A DNA stretch of 64,000 nt from Trichoplax adhaerens (taxonomy: Eukaryota; Animalia; Placozoa), in NCBI RefSeq assembly GCF_000150275.1, contig NW_002060943.1, forward strand, positions 11,408,878-11,472,877, in the 5' to 3' direction. The notes below the pieces were generated by a model, which was given only the letters and a program-made list of their open reading frames with translations, was not told where the DNA came from and made no database searches. Positions 12,601 to 25,015 of the stretch are shown piece by piece. A program made the translations under genes and the position numbers. Positions within the stretch are counted from its first letter, which is position 1. Each line of letters opens with the position of its first letter.

Positions 12601-15600
12601 ATAGCAAGCTTTTAGTTAATTGACATCTACAGGCATTTTCAGTTTTTTTAATAGAAAATATTGTATCATGTTAGGATGAAGATGACGAAGAGGGAGCATC
12701 AGTCTTTATATCGTTGATGCAAAAGAATCGCCGTAAATTGAAATCACAAAATGCTAAGATGTTAACCATTGGATTCGCTTTATATAAGCTGGATCAGCGT
12801 GATGCTAGTAAAAAGCTAGATAAGAATTACTTCTTATACCATGCTTCGACAGCCAAGTCTAAAACCTTTATCAATATGCGAGAAGTAGCAACTCGATTTA
12901 ACCTACAAAAAGGAACTTATGTTATCATGCCATCTACTTTCAATCCCCACGAAAGTGGTGAATTTTTACTACGTGTATTTACTGAAAAACCGGCTACTTG
13001 TTCAGGGTAAATAGATTGCACTTTGAAAAGAATGATTATTTCGTATCAGCTTTAACATTTGTTAAAAATTTTAATTAGGAATGTCTGCATTGAATTTTAC
13101 AACGATATTTATGAGAGATACCTCTGTTCGAATTTATAATATTATCTTTGTATGCCACATGTAACTTTTAGCGAGGTAGATGATGACTGCCAATATGTTG
13201 CACCGGCTCCACAGGTGAGTTACTCAATTGGCCAGAATTACAGTAACTGTGCCATTGTACTCAGTGCCTAATAAACGTTGGATGCATATAATCCTGTAAC
13301 ATGATTGTACAATTTATAGGTTCAATCAAGACAAACACCTGAGGAAATGAGACTTGAAAACGCATTTCATGAAATTTTTGATCGTGTAGCTGGAACGGTA
13401 ACAATGCATACCATTGTATATGATGAAATTCGTCGTAACGTGTTAATATAGTAATCATTATTATGTATTGTGTCATCGTGATTTCAGGATGAAGAAGTTG
13501 ATGCTTTTGAATTACAACAAATCCTAAATCAAGGCCTCGTTAAAAGTAAGTTTGAGCTGGAATCTGTTACTTGCGATATCTAAAATACTACCACGAATTC
13601 GTCATGAGACACACATTATCTAGAAATTTTAACTAATGAAATAAATAATCATACGCTGTACAAAGCTGTTGAATCAATAACGCGACAATTGCGGTTTCAT
13701 AACTTATTGTCATTTATGTATATGCGTGTATTACATATAGTGTTCGGCCAAAGTTCAGCAACATTTAGCTTGGAGGCATGCAGATCTATGGTCGCTATGG
13801 TCGATGTATCCTTGTCGAATCTTTAGCAACTACCATTTATATAATTTCTTGTTATTATCATATCACCTCATACGAGCAGTTATTTAGTGATTCTCAATAT
13901 TAAGAGCTTCAAAAAGCTTACTTTTTTTAAACTCTATAGAAACTTTCAGTTTAGTTACAACTTAAATATGCTAGATAAATGCGTATTATTTATATTGAGC
14001 AAATATTGTCTACAATACGAAGGTTTGATTCCTGAACGTTCAAACAAAATAAATATAGCAAGACCGATCCGGAAAACTTAATTACGATGAGTTTAGAAAT
14101 CTATGGCAAACTATTAAAAGTTGGAAGGTATTTAATCTATATTTTGAATAGAACATAATATTCCAGATGGATTTTATTTTTATAAATTCTTTTGTGTATG
14201 CTGATCTGTATGATTGGGATAACTGATGTGTGATTACGTTTTGTTGTCAATTCAGGACAATTTCCAAAAGTTTGATACTGATAAATCTGGTTCTTTTAGC
14301 TCATATGAACTGAGAGCTGCCCTTACTGCTTCAGGTACTATTTCTGTCTACTTTTATTTATTAATTACTGCTTCATTCATGTCTGGGCATATGTACTAAA
14401 TTATGACAATGGTAGACTAGTTACCACTTTAACTTTTTCAGTTGAGTTTGTTCGATTTGATAGTTTTTTTGTTGAATTTTCTTTAACCTTATTAATGTCT
14501 GATAAAGAGTACAACAAAGTTCTCTCTACAGATGCCATTTTAATATTATTTCAAAAATCTTAAGTATAGCACTACATTTACTGTGAATACTATCTACAAT
14601 TAAATATTTAATCTTGAGAATTTGCACTATTAATTTATTTTAGGATTTAGGCTTAGCACTTCTGTTATGAGATCTATTGCTTTGCGATATGCCTCCAAGG
14701 ATGGTAGTATTTGTTTTAATGACTACTTATTGTGCATGATGAAAGTTACCACCATGTTTGGTAAGCCTTTGCATAATTTTGTTATTGCTTTTGTAAAGAT
14801 TTACTTGTACATGGAACATTTATGTTTTTTCGTTTGAAGTAGATATAAATTTATCGCCTATTGTCAATATTATAGATATAAGATAACGAACTTGGTGTAT
14901 TACAGTGATTCATCAACGTAGTGATAAAGCAAAAGACGGTAATATAGTGATCACAGTGCAGCGTAACAGTTACTGCATCCTGAGTATTACTTAGGTTGGG
15001 TCGATAGAAAGTACAAGTGTACCAACTCATTCCTTAGCTATTCTGACACTTATGATACTTGATTTAACCGTATCTCCAAACTATACAAAGCTATTATGCT
15101 TTATAAAATGCCACAAATCATCACAATGAAGACTGATTCTTGCAATGGTCTTTACAAATTAGCTGATTTGTAGTTAATAGAGTCTATACTACTGTCTACA
15201 GTGCTCGTAAAATGTGACTTCATGCCTCGTAAACCAGTAGATAATTAATTAATAAATACGATAGATTATTCAACGACCTGTGCTGTTCCGCAACTTATAG
15301 CACTTTGATATAGATTTATTAGCAAGTACAGCACTGATGCTGAACAATTCGCTACGGCAGGTATCATGCATCAAATAAATGTAGTGCTGCTGTGTCTCAG
15401 ACTGGCATTGATAATTTGTCACACAATACAAATCCAATTTAAAAAACTTCTAGTATGTTAAGTGTCGATAAAGGATCTCTTATAACTTCAGCTTGTCTTC
15501 ATTTTATTTAATTGTGAGACATTTAGTAATGCTATAACAACATCTAACCATCTGTATTCTTATGTGATGTACGCGTACAGATAAATTTATCGAACATGAC

Positions 15601-15762
15601 GCATCCAAACGTGGGAAAGCACAATTTTCATTAGATCAGGTTAGTAAACTGATATTACTAACCACTTCGTAGATTAATGCGATCAATGCTTATGATAAAG
15701 CATTTTATAAATAATGGTTATTTTTTCTTCAATAGTTCCTATCGTCTACCATGCTGTCTTAA
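9638..15762 (+). CDS. Classical calpain (CysPc + C2-like domain III + penta-EF-hand), about 17 coding exons
   Basis: FEDPTFP..WKRP; catalytic triad QGMLGDCW (Cys), GHAYS (His), IRNPWG (Asn); [13 protein letters not shown]; DGEFWM; AGGCRNY; [16 protein letters not shown]; EF hands [11 protein letters not shown] and [14 protein letters not shown]; ends [11 protein letters not shown] at 15762. The vertebrate paralogue cannot be assigned. Confidence 0.96.
13806..14058 (+). other. U12-type (minor spliceosome) GT-AG intron in calpain
   Basis: 5' splice site GTATCCTT after ..MVAMVD; branch-like TTCCTGAAC at 14029-14037; purine-rich run with no polypyrimidine tract before the AG at 14057-14058; the joined exons read MVD|QDRSGKL in frame. 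Confidence 0.88.
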
Positions 15763-16925
15763 AAACAAAAACTGGGCAAACGTACATGTTATAATGCTGC
15801 ACTTATTACGGTATATTTAATGAACGTGACCATAACACCCAAAGGCAAATGAATTACCGGACTTTATAACTCTATTCATGATATAAATGATATGAATTAA
15901 GATGCAACTTCGTCCTGATATTTCTTTGTTAACTGTAGCTCAGTAATTACTACTGCATTATGGCATTATTAAAACAACGAAGTAGAACAGTGTGTTTAAG
16001 ATGGATGCATATATACCGATAATCATAATAGTATCTAGTAAGTACAGATTTTATTGTTTTTGTATACGGTAAAAACGAGTGGTGTTGAAGTGAATAGTAC
16101 ATACGCTACTTATTTAAAGGATATTAGTGTACTTGAAAGTATCGTAGTTATAAAAGTAAAATAAATAGCCTTTTGTTCACTTTTTTACTCTAAATTTTAT
16201 GTTTGTTGGTAGTAGCGTTAATTTATAACATAACCGACGGCACATGCTTATATCTGTAATGGAACTACAATAGACATTATACTGAAATGTTACTTAAACA
16301 AGACATACAGTATCACGTTAACTCATGTTGTTGCTCTATAGGAATGCAGTTCTTGCATTGCCACTAATGGAGATGAGGGAATAATATATAAATAATTTGC
16401 TTACTGAGGATTGAATTATAATTGTGTATGTGTACTCGTTTGGCAATAATAATCTGTTCGCCTTTACGTATATAATAAATAAAAATATATGCACCAAGGG
16501 TGATGGCTAAGATCCAAATACTTTTTTAAGCATTCCATAACAATTTTTGACAAGAAATCCGTACGAGTTCAAGTAGTTTACTAACAGCTGAAGGATAAAT
16601 ACAATTGCAAAAATAAGTAGTCATTTACCTATACCAGTAAATGGGTGAAAATTGGAATTAGTTTAGCTTACAAATACAAATACTAGCTGCTACTGGATCA
16701 ATCAGGTCAACTTAAAGGTACAATACTAAGCTGTACAAAAGTCGAAAAATCGTACTGCACCCATTGCTAATCAAATTACAGGTGTGCTCATTTGTAAACG
16801 GCAACATCACTGTTACATATTATATCATAATCACAAGGTAATTTTAGCATTTTTTAGCTAAGTTTTTAATAAAATTTGCTAACTACGTAATAACTATGTT
16901 AGTCGACACTATAAGTGTAGCATCA

Positions 16926-19900
16926 TCAAAATTTGAAGTCTTTATATTTTTTATTTGTTTTAGTACTATCCGCTGCTTTCTTGCGTTTCTAAAAGTGAAT
17001 TAAAAGGAGTATTATCATATTAGAAATTGAATATGAAACTATACACTTTCTATAGGCTAATGTACCACATCCAGAATACAACAGGACACTACGACACTCA
17101 AAACAATCAAAAATAGTACAGTCAAATTACCCTCTGCTGTCGAGCTGCATGCTCAGCAACCATATCACTAAAATCTTCTTTTTTCGCCGAATCATTTTGC
17201 TCACGAAGTTGTTCTTCATACCTAAGAAGTTCAAAGTATAGATTAAAAAGCTTTTAGAATAACAAAAAGTTAGATAACATACATACTTAGCTGTCATAGT
17301 AGCTTCATCCAATTCTAGCTCGCTAGGATCAAGTGAGACTTCTATACCATCAGCTTGAGTGGTACTCTTCTTGGGTGCCTTAATTGATATAAAAATATTA
17401 TTGATAATTTAACGGCTCTTGTTCACTGAGCAAAAAAATCACATTAAAAATAGTTTAAAAAGTAATGTTTAAAATAAATTATTACCGCATTTATATCGTA
17501 AATATGTGCAGAGCCCATTATGGCAGCGCCAACTGCAATTTTCTTTTCCGGAATTATAGTATACAATTGTGGGGTTTCTTCACTGTAAGCGGTGATAATT
17601 CATAGATTACTTTCAAGAATTTACAAAAGTATAAAGATTAATTTAGAAGACTGGACTTTATCTAACCCTTGCTCCATTGCATCTTCAATATTTTTCTTTT
17701 TTCTATTTTTAAAAGACAGTATTGCAAAAAGCTATTAATTCCCATCATATTTAGCGGAAGTAGTAAATTATTATGTTTAATAATTTGTAGACTAACCGGA
17801 GTTCGATACTTTCGGGCGTTTCTAAGCCAGCAGAAATAGAAGTGAGACCGCTAGGAGTGACCAATCTTAATAAAGGTGATTTACGTATTAGGATATATAA
17901 TTCTTAGGAATAGTGGTATAATTAAAAATAGAGATAAAATTTTAAATTAATTTCACCCTTCAGCGGGAGTAACAAGTCCAGTTTCATCGACTTTTTTCTC
18001 CGTTTCCTCACCCTGAGATAGCATAAATACTAAATTATTCTATTTGAATAATTAAAGGACAAGACCAGCCAGATAATCGCTATTAAAGTCATCTCCTTTA
18101 TTACCTCTTGGCCTTCTTCTTCTTCATCTTCTTCTTCTTCTTCTTCTTCTTCTTCGTCTGAAACTAATTCTCCCCAGCGAGACTTTTCTACTCCCTCATC
18201 TTCCCCAGTAAGCTAAAATTTATCACAATATTAGTAAATCTTTCGAAACGAGAGTAGGACAAAGGTGTACTTTTTTACTTGGTAGTCATATGCTTGAGTT
18301 CCAAATACGTCTCCGTATAGCGGACGCCCCGTTTCATCTACAGGGGGTTTACCCCATCCACCAGGATGATAACCGAATGATGCACCTTCAGGGATTGGCG
18401 CATTCAAACCAGATATTTTCAAATTGGGGTATGAAGGCGGAGGGCCATATCTTTGCATAGCAATTAGCCAAGGGGGAGGTATCAAGTTTTTACCCTAATA
18501 TGCGTACATACAGTAAATTACAATGCTAACAATCAAGTCTCGTAACAGCTATCAAATATTCCGGTCAAGAAAATTACCTGGCCTGTTGGCATTCCAAGAG
18601 CGAGCCTCAAGTCGTCCGATAAGTCCCCAGGTTTCTTTTCTTTCAGGCGAGTTTCAAATTCTTTTCCCTTCAAATTTCAAGAGTACAATTTTTTTCAGGT
18701 TTTTACCTGACGACTCTTATGAATATACCGACGTATGTATTGAATACTTACTTCGTAGTAAAGACTTCCGTGCATAGTAACTTTTGGCTTAGTTTGCCAC
18801 TTAAAAAATGCATCATGAAGTTTTTGGTAATCGATTCCTAACTTTCCCATTTTAGGGCGTATCTTTTCTCTCTGTTTCGCTTTCATGGTCTTTTTATCCT
18901 CCTATGAGACAAGATTAAAAAAATATAAGGATCGTCTTGCTAGTGTGTAATCTAATAACAACCCAGCACATTCAATAGGAATAGTTATGTTTTGTTTTCA
19001 ATTATCAAAACTAACTTTTTCTTGTAAGGCTTCTCTCATTTCCATAATTCCAGTTTTCTGCATACAAGGAATCCCATGTCAGTACTTTGCAGAATTATTG
19101 TCATGTAGTTTAGAAATCTATTAACTAACGGATATAGACGTATCACCTTTATGAAATCTGGTAACTCAAATGGAGGTTTCTCAATACCACGCTTCCCTTG
19201 CAGGTATTTACGTTTGAAACACCAATGACGAGGTATAGGCACTGTATTTCGTGTCGCCTAGGAGACAATTATATCAGTAACCAATGCTAGAGGTGTTCGC
19301 TTTATATATAATTTATACAAATTCTCTCCCTACTTTCAATAATAATAGTAGTTTCGGATCTCTTGCAGTAACATCGTGCATTTCTACAAGATCAGGCCTA
19401 GTAACCAGCTATCGATATGATATGTTTTATGCAAAAAATACTTCGATTAATAAATTTTCTTATTGATTACATTGGTTTAGAATTAAAGACTAAACTTCGA
19501 GTACAAATCAACCTGCTTTAGTTCCGCAACTGTAAGTCGATGCAATTTACGCAATTTCTTCTTCGATATGGCGTCTTTAATCATATCATCATCCAGCTAA
19601 TAAATTAATCAATGAAAACATTTTAATTAAGTATTCTTATCGATCTTATTTATTAATTTCGAAAATATGGCACAACTTTTACCACGTACCAATTCCTCAT
19701 CAGACGATTCAGCATCTTCTGTTGATTTTTGCATGTCCTAACAATTATAAAATAACGTGTAAGATATTCGTCAGTGTAAATAATTAGATATACTGTACAT
19801 AGCTGTTTACCTTGTTTGCTACTTGATTTTCCATTGTGTCTGCTTCAGGTGCGTTCTTTACACTTTCAGACAACTAATAAGATAATTCAAGATCACGTTT

Positions 19901-22900
19901 ATTTAATCTCAGCAATTTTACAAGAAACTATATCCCAAGAAGAAATTAACCTTAAACGCTTCAAAAACTGTGGAAAAAGTACTTAATACTGGATCTGATA
20001 AATCCAATGTTTCTGGGATATACCTATTAAATAAAACAATAGGGTTTGTTTTATAAACTTCATAATGTGCATGGCTAGACAACATAAATGAAGGTAATAA
20101 TTACTGCTGATTGTATCTTACTCGATATCAATTTCTTCATTTTCAGCGGTAACATCTGCTTCGTTTTGCTAATCAAGATCATTTAACAATATTACAAAAC
20201 AACCACTACGTGAGTTGATATTAATGTAATGAATATTACCCTTTCATCAGGCTGAATATGTAATCTTCTCTTTTTTTTCTTCTTTTTATTTTTCTTCTTG
20301 TTCTAACAGGTACGAGATAAGCATGTTATTCACAGTTCATAGGAATTACTAGTCTTAAGTAATTATAAATTTCTTAGTATTTTAATTTAATTATTAAGTT
20401 ACCTGATTGGATTTATTATCTGTAGCACCATTAGTAACATTAACTACCTCTTGATTAACTTTGTTTGTAGGAGGAGGCGTATTGACGCGATGTGTAGGTA
20501 CTTCTAATGATTTAGAAGTATTTGATGTCGCCTGGTTATCAATTTTTGAAAAAGGTAATGATGGATTTTCAATAGAAGGTGACGCTTTGGTAATTTGCAC
20601 TTGAGGGATTTGAGCATTAGTTTCAATGGTTGGTTTATCAGATGTTTGTTTATTATCTATAATTTGGTCGATCGGAGAAAGAGTAATTTCCACTTTGCTC
20701 CCATCCTTTACATTTTCGTCTACAATTACTATTTCTTCCGTTCCTTCTTGATTTATCTTCTCATCTTTCACTTCTTGCGATTCTGTCTCTGCTCCCTCTA
20801 CTGTTGATGACGCTTCCTTTGTTTTCTAAGGTTTATTAAAAGATTTTAGTAAAGTTTTAATTCTGTTATCAATTCCATTAGAGCATTTAGAACAGGCCAA
20901 TTCTCGTCTGATAATCCAATCGCAGTAAAACCTACCTGATAAAATGCTATCAGCCTTTCGATAAGTTCATCTTTACGACCTATTAATCACAGAAGAAAGG
21001 TGTAAGTATTGTTAATGTTTTTGGCCCAATTTTTGTCATTCGGAGGCTGTAATTAAAATAAATTAAACCCTTGCAATTAGTTTGCATAAAGGTACTGATC
21101 AATTATATTATACATGTAGATAGCATCGACTATACACAGTACGCATATCAACAAGATTCTGCTTCGGTAATAAGAGCTCATCATATAAAAATTGACGTCT
21201 AGCCAATGATAATTACTGATAGTGAGCAGTTTATTATCTTAAAGTACAAGAACTACAGGTACAGTGTACCATGGAAATATTACGTAGTCATATTCATAAG
21301 CTACCATAAAAATCCAGATAATTGCAGAGACAGCCAATAGCAACAGTCAATGAACACAATTTTCATGCATTGGTTAAATTTGAATCATTTTAGCAAAGTC
21401 TTGACATACGTGTATTGTCATATACATTGCCACCAAGTACAATAAAAAGTTACATGATGCAATACATTGTTGATTGGGCATTCTGTAATCTTCTCATATT
21501 AATATTTTACTACAATTTACAGTACGACGTAAATAGTAAGCATTTGAAGTCTTGAAACTTTAACTTTAATTGCTATCTAAATTGCTTCTAAGCGTAATCC
21601 AGTATATGGCTACTTGATGTAATCCGTAGTTGATTGGATAATCTGTGATGTTCATACAGTACTACTTTGTTGTATTTTATATTATTTACTTCAGTTTAAG
21701 CATATTGGAAGTCTTAGAACTTTGACTTTAATTACCATCTAAGTTGTTTGTAAGTACAATAAAAAGTTACAGTTACTTAGGACTTCAAATTCATTGTATC
21801 AATCTAGTAGTAATGTAATCAATAATGTATAGCTTTTTCTAACCTAATCGACAAAATATTATTAAGAGGATAGTTACTAACAGCTCAGTTGTTCAGAGCC
21901 TATACGACATCTCAATTAATAATTATTACTTAAGGTAGAGACTCACTCTAGAGAAGAGCATGAATAACATTTTAGCGTCCAAATAGTACGGATGGACGTA
22001 ACCTTGTAACTACTGTACATTATTATTTTCTATACATGAGACGGAAGCAATTAACGGCACTGCGAGTATTCCTACTAGAAACCACGAATACAGTAAATGC
22101 TACTAACAACAATAATACTGGTATAGTTAATTGAAGCAGTATCATATCAATCAACCAGAAGGTAGAAAATATTCACTCTGTTGTACTGTGTCATCGTAAT
22201 TTAATCATAAGATACTATGAATAATAGAAAGTAGCCAACGCTTATGAAATAATTCCATAACAATTGACTAGTACAGTAATGTTAGTCATGAATTGGATGC
22301 AATAAAGACTAGCAATTTTTGTCTACGGTAGGATGAAAAGATCACCATCCGTTTTGAACTCTCTGTCGATCTAAATTGATATAGGATAATGCTGATAGTT
22401 TAAGATATGATCACCACTGCACGTTGTAGCTTAGCAATGAACTGTTGAATCTATTCGCCATTAATGTATTGTTGTCCCTTTAGCAGATAGTATGATCAAA
22501 GTCGAAAATACGTGTCTCCGTCAAAATAGATAGAGAGATATTTGGAAAGGTAGGATGATATGCGATATCCACTTAGCCATTACGGATGATATTATCCATG
22601 AGTTTGGTAGAACTTTGCCCGTTTGTAAGATATCGATCCGAATGGAAAGATTAGTTTATTCTACTGCTTGGATGAATTTGCAATGATGCATGGAGAGTAC
22701 AGTAGTATAAGAATAGCCATATCAACATGATTGACTGTAGTATGGAAATGCTTGTTCTCTTGATGACTAGCACAGATAATGCAATAATTTTCATTGAAAG
22801 TCTACTCAGGATGTAAAATAGAAGAAGAGAGTCATTAAGATCACTTTTGAGCTACGATATGCTGAAAAGGAATGCAAGCGATGACAAGACCGTAGGTCAA

Positions 22901-23341
22901 AATTTTACTGGCCGAATTACTGCATGTTATGCATACAGTAAAAGGAAATAGTATGTAGCCTTATTGCTTCAAGTAAGAAAATTAGCTTATGATAGGATAT
23001 ATCTGGATGATGATACGTGATTTAGTCAAGTTGATGTAATGTAATCTGTTGTCGATGAGCAGTTTACGATGATTGGATTGCCTATGGAAGGGAAGGGATC
23101 TTGAAAGAGATTGATTGCATTTGAAAAAATGGACACAGCCAAGCGAGTTGAATCATTGTACAACAGATCGAAAATTGAATTATTGCTCAGTTTGATGACT
23201 TTCTTTCAACGATAACCCTTGATGGTAGGATAGTAGCTATGTAATACCTGATAGTGGTAATCCATGGCTCTCTAATTTTCCCTTTAATTCGGCTACTTTA
23301 AACTTGGCCAAGCTGCTTGGCGTTATCGATGTATCCTCCAT
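16926..23341 (-). CDS. SF3B2: Splicing factor 3B subunit 2 (SAP145/Cus1)
   Basis: N-terminal SAP motif FKVAELKGKLESHGLPLSG|RKDELIERL split by a 2.3-kb intron; RLTVAELKQLV; PRHWCFKRKYLQGKRGIEKPPFELPDFIK; PKMGKLGIDYQKLHDAFFKWQTKP; PPPWLIAMQRYGPPPSYPNLKI; C-terminal KKYKDFKF-TGA at 16926. Confidence 0.97.
18113..18154. repeat. (TTC)n microsatellite encoding the poly-Glu tract of SF3B2
   Basis: TCTTCT run inside an exon; on the minus strand it reads as an acidic E/D tract after WGELVSD. Confidence 0.85.
21435..21771. repeat. Degenerate ~160-bp-period repeat in SF3B2 intron 1
   Basis: AAGTACAATAAAAAGTTACA is exact at 21435 and 21752; AAGCAT..GAAGTCTT..AACTTT.ACTTTAATT..ATCTAA occurs at 21538 and 21698. 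Confidence 0.7.
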
Positions 23342-24329
23342 CTTTGTATCGAGTTTTGCGTGCCTGCGCAGAGAGGTCCAACGCTTTTAGCGATAGGATC
23401 AAGCTGGTCAATGATTTTCACTGGCTTTGGAGGTATGTTTACAACACTCCTCTACTATGACACTGGCACGTGCGCGCGACTCTGGTCTACTCCTATCACA
23501 CTACCTTACCATGGTTGAGTTTGTACCCCAATGCTATGACAACATCTCGCTTGGATCATTTCCTATACTGTAGAGTATAGCGTTTTGGCTCATCTTAGCA
23601 CTAGATGAGCACAGTGGTAGGAATATTTGGTATAGGAAAGGAAGGGAAATTTAGAAGGCCCAAGAGATGGAAAAGAAGAGTTATCCGATAGCTTTGGAAA
23701 TCATTTCCACCTATACAGTCTACTCTTTCTTTCCATTTTCTTCTATCTCTATGATTGATTGATCCTACTGTACAGTAGGTCTACAATTTGTTGGTGGTCC
23801 ACTCATTCAGTACAGTAGAGTACGGTCTCGCTTTTCCTAATGCATTACACCACAAGTTTCTCGATGTCGTGCCATAAAAAAGTTTGCGTTAGGGTCTCGT
23901 CTATGTCGTTCTCGACTGTATAACGAGCACGTCATCACTCAGGCAAGACTCCATTTTCCAATGGAAAATAGGAGAAAAATAACGTGCCATTGAAGGGCAG
24001 TTATTCATGATCAGTAAAAAGCTTGCTTTACCAAGCGTCATTGAAATCAATCTCGAATCAACGAGTAATGATGCTCAAACACTGGATTGGTGATCGCCCT
24101 TGGCTCGATTGCCAATTACTCATGTTAGTTTGATTGGTTTTAATATTACGATCGCTTGGCACAGTCTATTCATGGACCACTAGAAGAATACTTGTCCGGC
24201 TGTCCCTCTTTCTCTTCTTTACTGTACTGTATTGCTAGTAATACTGTAATACATGCGTATGGTGCAAACGGTTAACCGGTCGACCTAAAATTTGTAACCG
24301 GTTAAGTGACCATACGCAGTAATACACTA

Positions 24330-24494
24330 GGAATACGCAAGATGTCATACGGAGCACAGTAAAACAAGCTACGCATGCGGACAGTACTTTTATGCTCAGG
24401 TCCCTGCCAAACAATGAAGGGAATACGCAAGATGTCATACAAAGCACAGTCAATAGGTACGCATGCGTACAGTACTTTGACGCTCAGGTCCCTG
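24330..24494. repeat. Two-copy direct repeat, 90-bp period
   Basis: GGAATACGCAAGATGTCATAC..AGCACAGT..TACGCATGCG.ACAGTACTTT..GCTCAGGTCCCTG at 24330-24406 and 24420-24494. Confidence 0.9.
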
Positions 24495-24686
24495 TCAATC
24501 TTTCTCTTCTTTACTGTACTGTACTGTATAGCTAGTAAATTAGTAATACAGTCCAGTATAGCCAAATAGCGTAACCTGTCCGTCTGTCCCTCTTTCGCTT
24601 CTTTGTCCGGCTGTCTCCCTTTCTCTTCATTACTGTACTGTACAGTACAGTATTGCTGTATTGCTAGAATGCTAGTAGTACTAGTA

Positions 24687-25015
24687 TAGTAGTCGCCGGT
24701 TATTAAGCCCACGGTTAATAAGCCCAGCCGCGTATTAAGCCCAAAACGGCTTGGTACGGAATTTTACTTAGCAAAATCCGCCGGTTATAAAGCCCAGTTC
24801 GCCAACAGATTAGAGCGAGATTCTCATCTCTCTGCACCCCAGCGCCTGGGAAGCCAGTTGTGCGTGTACATAACCAAGCACTACACATATATGTTGGTAT
24901 GCGTATGTATAGTGCTTATCCTGCGTTTGCGTTTGCACTCCGGTTATTGCGCCCGCCGCTTATTAAGCCCAATTTGGTCTGGGCCCGAGGTGGGCTTAAT
25001 AACCGGCGACTACTG
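24687..25015. mobile_element. Non-autonomous Tc1/mariner-superfamily (pogo/Tigger-like) MITE, 329 bp
   Basis: 26-bp terminal inverted repeats TAGTAGTCGCCGGTTATTAAGCCCAC (24687-24712) and GTGGGCTTAATAACCGGCGACTACTG (24990-25015), with one terminal mismatch; TA on both flanks (24685-86 and 25016-17); reiterated subterminal TATTAAGCCC-like motifs; no transposase. Confidence 0.88.

Noticed and set aside
15314-15360. Another AG..GT-bounded, frame-compatible segment in the calpain intron ([16 protein letters not shown])
   Set aside because: No EF-hand resemblance; such short AG-GT windows are common.
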